Shown: positions 1 through 13,040, numbered from the stretch's first letter. The stretch is DNA of 64,000 bases from Neoconidiobolus thromboides FSU 785 (GCA_025603075.1 MU626299.1:64732-128731), one strand, 5' to 3'. Translations and numbers: made by a program. Notes: a model not told the origin generated them from the letters alone.

Positions 1-254
1 TACTCTTTAACAGTCCACCAGCGACGGGTAAACTAGCTAATAATCGTCCATTACCATTGGATTTAGACATAGGAATTTTGACCTGTTGAGTAGATTCAGG
101 TAAGAAATTAGGATTGATTAAAGCGTTGGACTAAGAAAAAAGGGATTAGTACATTTGAAGGAATACTATATTAAAACAGTTGACTTACGTTAGCTCTAGA
201 CTGCAAGGTAAAAGCATTAATAACAAGTAGATTAATTAAATAATATAATTTCAT
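1..254 (-). CDS. Small secreted protein of the (L/I)PxxG-tail family; 3' end runs off the window
   Basis: Not in the ORF track. ATG at 254. Exon 254-189 encodes MKLYYLINLLVINAFTLQSRAN, then a 58-nt GTAAGT..TTAG intron (188-131), then exon 130-1 encodes SNALINPNFLPESTQQVKIPMSKSNGNGRLLASLPVAGGLLKS. It has a hydrophobic N-terminus and the LPVAGGLL family motif. Confidence 0.75.
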
Positions 255-1688
255 GGGGATTTTAAGTGAGTTAATAATTAAGATTTTTTATGATTTTAAA
301 AAAAATGATAGTTCTTCTTCTTTTATACTCTAAGCTATGTTTATATTTATTTAATTAAAGTTTAATAGCCATAAAACCGCTTATTAAAAACAAAAAATAA
401 AGAGATTGCCTTATTTGTGTGGTACTTAAGGATATTAATATCTCATTTTTGTTTATTTTTAATAGGGTACCCAGCCTAGCTAAAAAGTGGCTTAATTTTA
501 AAGAAGTTTAAGTATAGCTGTTAAAGTTTAATTATGTAAGAATAAATTGTTTATTTTGAAGTAAAGTTTTACATGTCAAGCTGTAGGTCACCAAGATAAT
601 GTAAATCATTAGTTTTATAAATTATTACTAATTTTTACATAAATAAACTTTAATAGCTACATTAATTTTGACTTGTGAATAGTATTTGTAATAGTTAAAT
701 AGTAAAGTTAAAATTCATCACAGCTGATTTTGCTAATTATTCCAAAAAGGCGAAATAAATCACCTTATTTTTTTGTTATTGTGAGCTTTATTTGGTTTAT
801 CATGCAGATATTACTTAAATTACAACTCAAACTAATAAAATCCTTCTTGTAGTTTTAAATAAAGAAATTCAGTATTCTATCATTTTCCTATTTTTTACTT
901 TTAGCTTTATTTTAAATAGGTATTAATTTTAATGCTTATTTTTCTATATGTTTTAGAACTTCGGAGGATATTGCTATTAACTTAAGTTATTTTGATTTTA
1001 AAATAAGGATAAAGCTTATAAAAACATCAATTTTTTTAAAAGAAAAAATTAAGTGATATTGCATCCTGAATTTTATAAGGATAACGTTACTATTATAAAT
1101 TCACTGCAAAATTATTTCTTTGAATACCCCATTGTAGTTCGAAAATTATTGCAACAGAAATGAACTTAAAGCGCATAGTTTTTGTTACAAACGGCAATAG
1201 TTTGCATAATCGACTGTATTGGTATTGTTATTGGATCTATATCACTTATAAATTGATACTATATCATTATTTTTTAAATATTACAAAGGATCATATAATC
1301 AAACCGTATGTATAACAAAATAACGAATATAACGTTTAATTGGACCAAAGGCAATCTGATCCACGTGCTTTTCTATGAAAATATTCTATCAAGTTGACTT
1401 TTAGATTGTGAAATTTAAAACAATGTAAATAGCTCTTTAGCCTTTGTTACTTCCATTAATCTCGTATCCAATTTAGTTGATGAAAATTGTCAACAATCAG
1501 ATTTTTTACATTAAAATTATTGCTCATAAACTATAATTTCTATATATGGGATGCCCAAATCGGTTTCATTTTTTTTATCTAATTTTAAATATTTTAAATA
1601 TTTTTTATTTTTTATTTTTTATTTTTTATTTTTTATTTTTTATAGACTTTATAATTTTAATTAAAATTATATCACTTTTTTTAGCCTA

Positions 1689-2151
1689 TGTGAAATCTGG
1701 TACTCAGTGTTTGGAGTCAAAAACAGCTATTACTGGGTTGACTATACTATAAGTCGAAAGGTCTTAGTTTATGTGACCAAGATGGACTTGTATTATGAAT
1801 AATAGTAAGTGATATGCTAAGATTATGTAAAACAAATAGAATAGACAGTACTAATGTAAAATCTACATAAAATAATATTAAGTAAACTTAGTAGCTTTAT
1901 TAAATCTACGAGATATCAGGGAATAATTCAGTTAAAAAGCCTCAAACTACTATACTCTGAAAACTCTTTCATACTCTGAAAAGTATAAATATCAAAATGA
2001 GAAGATAATATTTTTTGGGATGGAGCTAGAAATTCTCATAACAAACCAAACTAAGAACATGGGATTGATTTTCTCTGAACTTAAGGACACAACAGCTTAG
2101 GCGATTATTATGCTATAATTAACTATGAGACTGACAAAGCGATATTTCACA
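1689..2151 (+). mobile_element. ~463-bp solo-LTR-like dispersed element, copy 1 (orientation arbitrary)
   Basis: Termini TGTGAAAT...ATTTCACA, flanked by a CCTA/CCTA 4-bp duplication. Homologous over its full length to 34148-34611, 35593-36054 and 56478-56943. Confidence 0.8.
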
Positions 2152-2354
2152 CCTATTAAATATTAAATAATAATATAATTTATTGTTATGTTTAATAAAA
2201 TATAAATGTTTTTCAATACCTCGTATCTTTGTTATTTTTTTGTATTTTTGTATTTTCGTACTTTTTAAAAATTATATTTGTTTTTTATTATTAACAATTA
2301 AGTTATTAATTTTACTACAATTATGAATAAAAATTTCGAAATTAGTTAATATTT

Positions 2355-2452
2355 GGGTATGTTTTTTTGATTTCATTACTTTTTCCATTTTTTTAAGCGT
2401 TATTTGAGTGGAAAGGTTGTTAGTAAATTCCTAAACAAAAAAATACATCCCT
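2355..2452 (+). mobile_element. ~98-bp MITE copy
   Basis: Matches the family consensus GGGGATGT-T(n)-GGCTTCATTACTTTTTCC...GTTAGTAAAATTCTTAAA...AAAAATACATCCCC. Confidence 0.75.
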
Positions 2453-2545
2453 ATATACTTGAAAAATATTAACTTAGCTACTGCTCAATCTTTTAAATTT
2501 TTAAAATATTGCCATGTATTATTTCTTTACTTTTATTTAATATAT

Positions 2546-2643
2546 GGGAATGTATTTTTATGTTCAAGAATTTTACTAATAATTTTTCCACTCAAATAGT
2601 GCTTAAAAGATGGAAAAGGTAATAAAGCCAAAAAAACATCCCC
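2546..2643 (-). mobile_element. ~98-bp MITE copy, inverted
   Basis: Reverse complement of the MITE consensus. Confidence 0.75.
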
Positions 2644-3287
2644 GTATATTATCTGATAAATACTTATTGCTGTTTCTTTTATTGAACCTTGACAAAATAG
2701 TTTAACTATTAAATAAATGTATAATGTTTTTAATTTGATCATTTTTTATATTTTTTATATTTTTTATATTTTTAATAATAAATTATAACATTCATATTTT
2801 TGTTATTGTTAATTATTTTTGAATAGCTATATTAATTTTTATTCACGTTGAATCCAAAAAAATTATATTCATCAAAAAAACATATTAAAACTATAGTTGA
2901 CAATAATGCTATTTGTTAGTTTTTATTTCCTGTTCTCTTTAAAGTATTAATTTTGTACATTATTTGATTAACAATAATAATAATAAACTTTAGTTTTTCA
3001 TTGTTGCAAAATTCTATAAGCTCTGGGTTATTATAAATAGTTGTTAATATTAATGTATATGAATTATAATGTTCGTATAATATGCTTATTATATTAAAAT
3101 TTTTAAAAACTCCATTAAAGTTTAACTGCAAAAACTTGTTTTTTATTTTAATTTTAATAAAAAATGAAGTCAAATAACTATATATAAATATATTGTGTAT
3201 CTATTAAACATTTAATAATAAAAGAATTAAAATGGATATTTTAAAGTAAGTTTATTTATTTTAAGCTTTTTAAATTTAATAATATAT

Positions 3288-3386
3288 GCGAGTGTTTTTT
3301 TTGACTTCATTATTTTTTCCATTTTTTAAGCACTATTTAAAGCGGAAAAATTGTTAGTAAAATCTTAAACCCAAAAATACATCCGC
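3288..3386 (+). mobile_element. ~98-bp MITE copy
   Basis: Consensus match with ATAT on both flanks. Confidence 0.75.
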
Positions 3387-4913
3387 ATATTGAGAACTTA
3401 TAGATTTAAAAACTTAAAATTTAGACTAGTTTTTAACTAAATTCTGAAACCAATTCGAACATTTCCATATTATAAGGTTGATATATATATAACATGGCTT
3501 GATAAGCTCTTATTTTAACTAAAAGGCTTTAATAATTAATAACTAAGAGCTATTTATTTGTTGACTATAAGCACATCCTCTCACATAAATTTTATTAATA
3601 TCATCATCAAGTTTGAATGTACTGGGATGTCTTAGTAAAACACACTAAATACAACCAACTCTTATTTATATAAAAAGTTTTGTTTTTGACAAATATATTA
3701 TTATGAATAATAACTAAATTCAAGCATTATTGTTTATAATATAATAAAATAAATTGTACCTAATTTAGTGTTCTAAGATACAGCCATTGAATTATCCTGG
3801 CTAATTATTAAAGTTTAATTTGTTCTATACCATATGGGGGTATAATACCAAATTATTACTAAACTGAGCAGAAAATGTTATCGATTATATATTTAAAAGT
3901 TGGATCATACAAATGTAAAATATACAGATAATGAATCAAGAGGATATTAATATTGCTTAATTCTAAAACTCTGGATTGTAACATTTGAAGTTAAAATTTA
4001 ATGACAAACTTAAAGCTATAAATATCGAAGATATATTAATAGTCAATATAATTGAAGCTACTGAATTTTGGTTTCTATTTTTACTTTATTTAGCAGTATC
4101 AAGCCTAGAATCGAGCTTTGATTAATTAATATATCTTTGAAAGGTAGATTGAAAATTAAAACTTAAATTGAAACTTAAATTAAAACCGAATTCTATTAAG
4201 CTTTATTTGGAAATTTTAGCTTATTATTATAGTATTGGAAGGCATTATAGTCTATGTAAAGGATAAATAGCAACGAAAATAGGTTTATCCGGGAGAGGAG
4301 AACCTAACACAATTTATAATTGAGGGTTAAAAGAAGAATAAGTGCTAGATATGAATGAGGTAAAAATAGTTAATTATACATATTTATTTAGGCATTAATT
4401 AAAGTAAAAGTTTGAATATCATAGTCATTAATTTTAATATCTATCCTTTTAATAAACTGAAGGTAGAATCAAATTGAAGATTTAGAGCATCTAAATTTTT
4501 AATAAAATATGATTGTTTTACATACTCGTATTAGGGAGCTTCATTATTCTTAACATTGAATTTAAATCCGTGGATAATTATAAATGCATATAAACAAGAC
4601 AAATTCTGAGTGAAATCATATTATTAAATAAACAATTATTGGATAAAGGTAATATCGAGTAGAATTTATTAATATACTTTAATATTAATTTAAGGACATA
4701 ATTAATTGAAACCTCAAAATGATAATGAAAGTCTTGAGTTTATTAATAAACTTGAAAAACAAAAATAGTAATATAGTTTAATAAAAGGTATAGTAACTAT
4801 TAGACTAGTGTTTATAACAGTTTATTAACGTGATACTTTGGTAAATAGTATAAATAATCCAACATAAAAGTAAATGGCAATAAACAAAACGAATAATAAT
4901 TTAAACTTCAAAA

Positions 4914-5231
4914 ATGAGATTTGATGTAAATCGACTACTTTTAATGGCTATTACTTTTAGTATAGTTAATTGTTTTCTAGTGGAATTAGGTAATTTAAAA
5001 CAAGATGGTTTTAATAACGTACCCAAAGAAGCTGTTGATGGAATCACTTTTGACAATGATGCTGTTGTCGCTTTGTTCATAAATAATGAACAGGAGTTAG
5101 AAAAGGAGAGCATTGAAAAAAGGATTCTAGTCAAAAGAGACGGTGGCGGCCTTAATATTCCCATTGTTGGTGATGTGCTATCACTATTAAATATTGGCTC
5201 TTGGTTTGGAATTCAAGGGTTAGGATTATAA
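4914..5231 (+). CDS. Secreted prepropeptide (signal, acidic spacer, KR, 30-aa amphipathic C-terminal peptide), (L/I)PxxG family
   Basis: Hydrophobic N-terminus, acidic segment, then EKR-ILV-KR followed by DGGGLNIPIVGDVLSLLNIGSWFGIQGLGL. TATAAATA at 4849-4856. Confidence 0.75.
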   Translation: MRFDVNRLLLMAITFSIVNCFLVELGNLKQDGFNNVPKEAVDGITFDNDAVVALFINNEQELEKESIEKRILVKRDGGGLNIPIVGDVLSLLNIGSWFGIQGLGL

Positions 5232-6363
5232 TTAATTAGGGTTAGATAATTTTATTTATAATGCTTAATATTCATAACCCTTATAATTTGGAATTCTAAT
5301 TTGGAGTTTCGATATTTTTACAATAAACAACGTTCAAATCTACTTTCTTTACAATTTTATAACCTTTTACATTTTATTAATTACTTACTAATATTTTACA
5401 ATATTGAAATGTGTATGAGAAACAGAACTTTTGAGAAACAGTGTAATTGTCATAAAAACAGTAAAAAGATAAACAAAACTGATAACCCAGTAAATTAACT
5501 GATTCTCAATTATAAACCATTTCTTTATAAAATTAAGTAAAATAAAACTCAAAGAACATTAATGAAAAATAAAACTTTCAAAATATCTACTTCTAGATAA
5601 AGGTGTTATATTTACATGCAATCATTTAATACATAAACAAGAACATCACAGGCGACTTTAAAGTTGATAGTGTATTTTCCTATAAAAATATACCTATCGT
5701 AATTAAAACATTTATTCATTACATAACTAAAATTTCAAATATGTATATCGGTAATGTTTATTTGAGAAAAAAATCAGTTCAAAATAATAACAATGAACAT
5801 AACTATAAAATCTACCTGTAATAAATGCTTGAAAATTAGTAGACAAATGATAATGATTAATATAAAAAGTTAATATTTTTCAAAATTCTCATAATTTATA
5901 ATAATAAAGATCGCAGATATATAAAATTAAAAAATTCGTTATAGCCGTCATTTATTTTAGCTGTAGCAATCTTCGTCATTATCATTTGCCTTTACTAAAG
6001 TATACAATATTTAAAAAATTTGTCCTAAAAAGTGAAGGGGTAAACTTTTTAGAACGAACCTTTTAAGCACTGTAGATATGCTATATAATTAAGGCTAAAT
6101 TGTTATATTGACTTTATATCTGTTTTATTATATTTGCAACTGTCTTTCTAAAAAATCAGGGCTTTTGTTGCATATTGGAATAGCTCAAAACCTTATACAT
6201 CAAAATTATCGTTAGTAATATAAACTTTTTTAACATTAAATCAAGTTTCCAGTAAGATTATATGCCTTAGGGGATAGGTTTGGTAAATAAACTTAATAGC
6301 AAGTATTGAAATATTTTCTAAAAATGTCAATAAAATAAATCATAAATTTCAACCATACAATAA

Positions 6364-7881
6364 CTATTTATTTTCAATTTCAATGTCAAATTTGCCCTGC
6401 TTTGGTTTTAAGACTAAAAAGAAATAAGGTTCTAATTCTTCATACTTTGGCCTCAACTTAAAATTAAAATTCTTAAACATGTAAACCAAAGTAAGGTACA
6501 TAGCCATCCAAGCGAATTCTCTACCGATACAAGAACGTGGGCCATTTAAAAAGGGTAAATAGTTCAATTTTTTATCTTTAGCATCTTGACCTAAAAATCG
6601 TTCAGGTATAAACTTATTAGCATCATGCCATAATTTTTCATTTCGATTATAAGCATAGCTACCAATCCCTACCTCCATATCTTTCGGTATAAAATAGGAG
6701 CCTAAGACTGCTCCTTCTTTAGGCACTACCCTTGGTAAAAAGCCTGCTCCAACAGGGTAGAGGCGCATAGCTTCATACAATACAGCTTCTAAATAAGGAC
6801 ATGCTTGTTTGATTTGTGAATAACTGATATCTTCATCATTCATATGACTAAAATTGGATTCGATTTCCTTTTGTATTTTCTCATAAACTTGGTCTTCTTC
6901 TAAAATGCATTTTAGTGCCCAAGTTAAAGTATTTGCGGTGGTATCTGTACCAGCAATAAAGCCAGTAATTATTTCAGCAGTTAAAGTATTGATGAGATTT
7001 GGATCAGTGCTAATGACTTCTGAATTCAAAAAAGCTTGTAAGATATCATTGTAGTCACTTGGCTTCTTATTTAAAGTCAATTGTTTCATTCTCAGCTTTA
7101 CTTTGTCTTTACAAAAGTTAATGAATTGAGTGTAACTATTATATCCAGTACTTTGTTTATTATGATTGAAATATCTTATTATTGGATATTCATATTGCAT
7201 TATGCCATAAACCTGGGCTTCTTTTAACCATTTCAATATTGGCAATTCGTTATTTTCATTTAATAAACCTAAATCTTCACTCAGTAAAAGTTGACCATTA
7301 ATATTAAATAAAACCTTATGAATTAATTCATAAAAATCGACAAAATTCTGCTTATTATCGATCTTTTGCTTTATGAAATTTTTGAAAGGCAAAAAGCCAG
7401 TGTGTTTCATAACTGGTTCCAGTTGTTGAATATTTTTATTGCTAATAATTTTACCAATAATCTTTTTACGTTCGGTATGTACGGTACGTTCATCAGTACT
7501 GAAAATATTAGCTGCTCCATAATCAAATGCTTGATAAAAGACAGATTTTTTAAACTTATACGAAGAGTAAATGGTGTCAGCTGCATTCTTTTCATTAAAG
7601 ATGATACGGTTTGGTGCAAAATGAACAACAGGACCATAAATATCATGTAAACGCTTTAAGTGTTCATGATATTTACCAATTGTTATATAGTATTTGATAT
7701 ACAATCCACTTAGTTTACCTAAAAATGGACCTGGGATGTGTCTTAATGGGGAGAAATAAAGAGTGTATGTTATCTATTTGAACTTTTGTTAATTTCATTC
7801 ATTTATTTATACATTTTTATTTACCTTAGTAATTAGTATTACTGTACTCAATACAAGGAAATAACCAATTAGTTGTATCAT
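6364..7881 (-). CDS. Cytochrome P450 (2 exons: 7881-7825, 7773-6364)
   Basis: N-terminal TM anchor MIQLIGYFLVLSTVILITK, 51-nt GTAAAT..TAG intron, SPLRHIPGP hinge, I-helix AGTDTTA, ExxR (EAMR), PERF and heme motif FLNGPRSCIG. Confidence 0.95.
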
Positions 7882-8957
7882 ATTAAAATTATATTTATAA
7901 TTAAGCAGTAAAATAGAACGATAGAATAAGATATGGAAGTATAAATCACCAGGATTTAAAAATTAAAGTATAATAATAAATGGAATTTTATTTTTTTATC
8001 TTATATATATGTTAGATTCAACTATATTACGACTAGTATAATCTATTGTAGTTTAAAAGATTGATTGCTTTTTTAATGCTCAATACAGTCGTTTCATCTC
8101 ATCTCCGAATTGTTTAGCAAAGATTTTTACGGGTAAGTAATTTGCCCAACTAACTTTAAGCCTTGATTCTAATACTCTATAGAGTTCCGGCATACAAATT
8201 ATTGTTAAAATGAAAGGTTATATAATCTGAAAAGAGATAAAACAATTATATTTATTTTTAAATTTATTACTCAACATGGATGCATAAATAATAAAATTTC
8301 AAGTGGATAAATTATCAAGTGTAAGAAAATAGCGGGTCAAAAAAATTAGACGGTATTTTTTTAAGTTTTAGTTTCTCGTAGGGATCTAAGATTTCAAAAA
8401 AATCGAGTTTATTTTATGAAACTTAATATGGTAGTATTATTATTATAAATACGGGTCTATCTATTATATCTTAATTTTTTAAAATTCGTAGTGAATAACT
8501 TACATACAAAAGCCTTATTAGCAATTAATAACTATAGTTTAAATAAGCTCAGTAGATCTAATATACAATAACTATAGTGTAAAACTATGGCTTATTTAGT
8601 TTTTAATCTATTAAAATACTAAATAATAATACCAACGATTATTATAAGGTTTTAAAACAATTATTATAGGGGTTTTAAAATAATCAGTACTATGCTTAAG
8701 TCTCAAAGCAATTGATTATAAACAATAATGGAAAAATATTTATTAAATAAAGGCTAAAAGCTAAAAATAGCACCTTCTATACAGCCGTATTGAAATCTGA
8801 TATATTGCTTATTACAAATAATAAAGATTTCTTAAGGAACCCCAGTAACTTAAAAAAGGTATAAAAGCCGTTGAAAGGACCCAATATCTTTAAACAATCA
8901 ATTTTTTTTCTGGTAAAAAAAACTACATTTACATTTACATCTATATCTATATCAATA

Positions 8958-9296
8958 ATGAAATTTTCCTCCTTTATCTTTATCACTACTATTGTTTCCT
9001 TAACAAATGGAGCCGCCATCCAGTTAGAACGTCGTAAATCGTTTATTGAAACTCATCAAGAACATGGACATTTACCCGGTGGTAGTAACAATCCAGGTAT
9101 TACGGCTTTAATTCCACAACTGATGGCCATGATAGGTGGTAAAAATCCAGCTCAAGTACTCAATGAATACAATCAAAAAGCTGATGAAAAGAATGGTAAA
9201 GAGTATGGAGGTTCAGGCTCAGATGGGGGTTCTAAGGGTGGACTTATGTCTTCTTTAGGTCTTGAAGATATCCCTATCGTTGGTGGGTTAATGTAA
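8958..9296 (+). CDS. Secreted peptide precursor (112 aa), (L/I)PxxG family
   Basis: Likely start is ATG 8958, in frame with track ORF 8871. MKFSSFIFITTIVSLTNGA signal, LERR dibasic site, GSGSDGG motif and C-terminal LGLEDIPIVGGLM. Confidence 0.8.
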   Translation: MKFSSFIFITTIVSLTNGAAIQLERRKSFIETHQEHGHLPGGSNNPGITALIPQLMAMIGGKNPAQVLNEYNQKADEKNGKEYGGSGSDGGSKGGLMSSLGLEDIPIVGGLM

Positions 9297-11633
9297 CGGG
9301 TTTATTATTATACTTCAATAAATTTTTACTTATATAATAGCAAGGACCTTTTTTATGATTTCATTTCAATTCTAAATTAGCCAGGGAATAATTTTATTTC
9401 ATTCTCAATATTATTAATGGATTTGAAGATTTATTATTTAAAATAGATTGGATTAAACTAGAATGGTTTATAGGTTATTATAGCTAAATCACAATTTTCA
9501 ATTTAAATTTAAATTATTTAATAAAACTAATACTATTGTTATTCTTTGTGAAATTATTTTACTATAAGCTACAATGACTAATAACTTTTTTGGCATTTTA
9601 CCAAAACAGTGCATGCTTATAAAAGTATGATGAAAAAATTCAATTGACAAGCATTATCTTAGACACATATCTATAAAAAAAAATTAACTATAGGAATATA
9701 CAGAAAAGCTTAGCCAATCTAATCAGTTAGAAAGTTTGTTTTGAGGTGTCTTTTGTTTCACATTTTTGTCCATTTTTTGACAAATAAATAAAAAATGACT
9801 TGAGATTCTGCGGAAACTTGTCATTTTTCAATTAAACTGCTAATATTGTCTTTAAACTTAAAAATTAAGATCAAAAAGCGTTAAAATCTATAATATATAT
9901 ACTATTTATGTATAAGGTTGTAAAGTAAAATGGAGGTGCCAATGCAGTTTGGTAAATATTAATCGTACTATATGTAATAAGCTGTTCCCATATCTCTTCT
10001 GTGGTTTACACTAGTGTTCATGAAATCCTTTTGCTTTTATAACACTTTTGATCCATTCTTTAAGGTACAATGCCCAACATTTACATCAACTACTATTTTA
10101 TTTAGGGGCATCTTACATAAACTAAAGCTAGGGAATTTCTAAAATATCACTTAAATCGGTTCTTAATTAGACTATTAGTGCTTTCGTGCTGTTTATTTTG
10201 AGACTTTAGTATCTTTAGATAGAAGATTCGATAAGACTATCGAAAGAATAAAAGTAAAAATATACTAATGTAGTCTCTATTAAATAGTGTATTTTATATT
10301 ATATATAGTTGGAGGATAGGCGAGTATAGAACTAAAACAGAGGAGGATATAGTATTTAATAAAAGATTAATTGATATAGACAGTTTGTACTAACTTATTA
10401 TTAACCGTCTATTACTTGTTTTGTTCAGTTAATTGTTTTATTTTCATCAACATGAAAGGCTTTGAATTCTTTGGATATTTGGGCTTTTGTTAATACCTTA
10501 GAAAAAAAGTGGGGCTGTATTTCGAATGATCTGATATTAATGAAAGTGAAAGTTTGGATACTGGATTAGTGTCAGCGGATAATCCAGATAATGAATCATA
10601 TTTTCGAATCTAATGTATCAAAAAAATGGTTATGAAATTGTATTTCATGTGAGGAATTGATATAAAACTAAAACAATAATGGTAATAGTAACAGTAGAAT
10701 CGAAAAGAGTATCAAAAACGATATTCAGTCAAGTAAATCAATAGATTAATTAAATCTAGATTATAAAGGAGCGGTATAGAATTGTACTTCATGTGATAAA
10801 TCAATAGTTATAGACTATAGAAATAATAATAAGATGATTTGAAAAAAGATTGAAGATAATGGGTAATCAAATAGGCAAATAGTTGATCCGAATTCGGGGT
10901 ACAGAAGATAGAGGTTGCTGCAATGTATTTTATACAACAGAGCTATAATTAGAAAACACAATATAATAAAAATTTAAAGAGAGGGTTTAACCATCGAGTA
11001 ATTAAATAGTTATTTAAGTAAACAAATGAATTAATGCAGTCTAGAATAAAGAATAAATTTACATAAATAAATATATGACATAATAAGAAAAAATAACATG
11101 TTTTTATAAATGATATAATAAGATAAAAATATCTAATTATTTTTAAAGAGGATTCCAACCATCAAATAATCGGGGATATGATTAAACCTTTTTAAAATCG
11201 ATATAATTTACTTAATTTGATAACTTCAGCACAATGATTTTGACTAAAATTTAATGCATTCACATAATATAACGTTAATAAAGTTATTAATAAAAGTTTG
11301 ACTTTGATGAGCAATAATTAATATGAATGATAGTGGCTTCCAATTCTAGAATCAATCGATGAAATTAATTAATATCAACAGTAATACAATTCAATTCATT
11401 ATTACAATTTATTATGTTTAAATTTGTTTTTAGATTAAACCTCTGAATTTCAAAGTTGACTATTAAACCGCAAGTCAACTATTTTTAGTTGATTAATAAA
11501 GGACTAAAATTATGGTATAAAAACATCTTCAAATAACATTAAATTCAGTATAAAAATAACATCTATCTATTGATTAGATATTACTTAATAAACAATCATC
11601 TTTTTGACAAAGATCTTTATACAGCCAACTAAT

Positions 11634-13040
11634 ATGGATTATTCATTACAAGTAATTAGCCCAACTCAAGCTACCTTCTTTCCTTCTCCAAAGCAGAAAA
11701 AGACAAGCAATTTAAAATTATTAGACCCAAGTTTATTTTCTGATCCTGGCTTAAAAGAATCTGTTAAACGTACCTTTTCCGCTTTATTAAGTGAAAAACC
11801 AAGTCTTAAATCTTACTTCAATAACCTACCAACATGTGATGCTTTAACCATGATTAAAAAAGAACTCGAAAATGGTATGGAAGATTCCTTCTTAGTCGGA
11901 GATTTAGGCGAAACATATCGTATGTATAAGTTATGGACAGAAAATTTACCTATGGTCAAGCCTTTTTATGCAGTGAAATCGAATCCAGATAGTAGTATGT
12001 TGAAGTTAATGGCAGCTATTGGGATTGGATTTGATTGTGCTAGCAAAAAAGAAATAAACACCATGTTACAACATGGAGTTAAACCAGAGGATATCATCTA
12101 TGCTAATCCATGTAAACAAGTATCTCATCTCAGATTTGCTAGACAAAATTCAGTAAAAAAGATGACCTTTGATAACTTGGAAGAATTACATAAGACCCAT
12201 AAATACTATCCCGATGCTGAATTATATTTACGTATATTACCAATGGATTGTAACTCTAAAGTACCTTTTGGCGAAAAATTTGGTGCTGAAGTGAATGGAT
12301 CTTGCGTTGATTTATTAAAAACAGCCAAAGAATTAAACTTGAATGTTACTGGTATTAGTTTTCATGTAGGTAGTGATTGTTTAAACCCACAGTCTTATGT
12401 AGAAACTATTAGAAGATCAAAATTAGTATTTGATCAAGCCAAAAAATTAGATATTAATATCAAAGTATTAGATATTGGTGGTGGTTTCCCAGGACATCAA
12501 AACAAGAAGGAATTTATTGAAATCGCCAAAGCAGTAACTGAAGCTTTAGATTTATATTATCAAAAAGAAGACGTGTCATTTATTGCTGAACCTGGTAGGT
12601 TCTTTGCTGCTTCTTATTTCACTTTAGCTACAACTGTTATTGGTAAACGTGTTTGTGAATCCAATGATGATTATAAATCTAAAAGTATCATGTATTATTT
12701 AAACGATGGTGTATTTAAATCCTTTGCTGAAGGTGCATTTATACCTCAAATTTTATATAAGCCTAGGATCTTAAAAAGAGGTGATGAAATCTATCCAAAG
12801 ATTGAATCTACAGAAAATGATGTCGAATGCTCTTTATGGGGTCCTGCTTTAGGTGCTAAAGATAAAATTAATATTGAAAAAGGATTGAAATTACCAGAAC
12901 TCAAATTAGAAGATTGGCTATATTTTGAAAATATGGGATCATATTCTACTTGCTTTAATATGGAATTTAATGGTTTTGAACAATCGCATAAAGTTTATAT
13001 TAATACCGAGAAAGAAGGAATTAACAAACTTTTAAAATAG
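11634..13040 (+). CDS. Ornithine decarboxylase-like fold-type III PLP protein with substituted catalytic Cys/Asp
   Basis: First in-frame ATG at 11634. PFYAVKSN (PLP Lys), FDCAS, IIYANPCK, SFHVGS, LDIGGGFPG, AEPGRFF and YYLNDG are present, but WGPALGAKD replaces WGPTCDxxD. Confidence 0.9.
   Translation: MDYSLQVISPTQATFFPSPKQKKTSNLKLLDPSLFSDPGLKESVKRTFSALLSEKPSLKSYFNNLPTCDALTMIKKELENGMEDSFLVGDLGETYRMYKLWTENLPMVKPFYAVKSNPDSSMLKLMAAIGIGFDCASKKEINTMLQHGVKPEDIIYANPCKQVSHLRFARQNSVKKMTFDNLEELHKTHKYYPDAELYLRILPMDCNSKVPFGEKFGAEVNGSCVDLLKTAKELNLNVTGISFHVGSDCLNPQSYVETIRRSKLVFDQAKKLDINIKVLDIGGGFPGHQNKKEFIEIAKAVTEALDLYYQKEDVSFIAEPGRFFAASYFTLATTVIGKRVCESNDDYKSKSIMYYLNDGVFKSFAEGAFIPQILYKPRILKRGDEIYPKIESTENDVECSLWGPALGAKDKINIEKGLKLPELKLEDWLYFENMGSYSTCFNMEFNGFEQSHKVYINTEKEGINKLLK

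Noticed and set aside
3760-4330. Stop-interrupted frame (DTAIELSWLII.., YSIGRHYSLCKG) faintly suggesting a decayed P450 next to the intact one
   Set aside because: The motifs are too degenerate to support by eye. It needs a translated search.
9240-9296. Resemblance of LGLEDIPIVGGLM to the bacterial secretin LGDIPxLGxLF motif
   Set aside because: No secretin beta-barrel domain is present. A short amphipathic motif is better explained by convergence.
9930-10930. Fragments of open frame on both strands (for example MKGFEFFGYLGFC*.., ALYLKEWIKSVIKAKGFHEH*)
   Set aside because: There are multiple stops and no recognisable domain, so I cannot assign a pseudogene or transposon.
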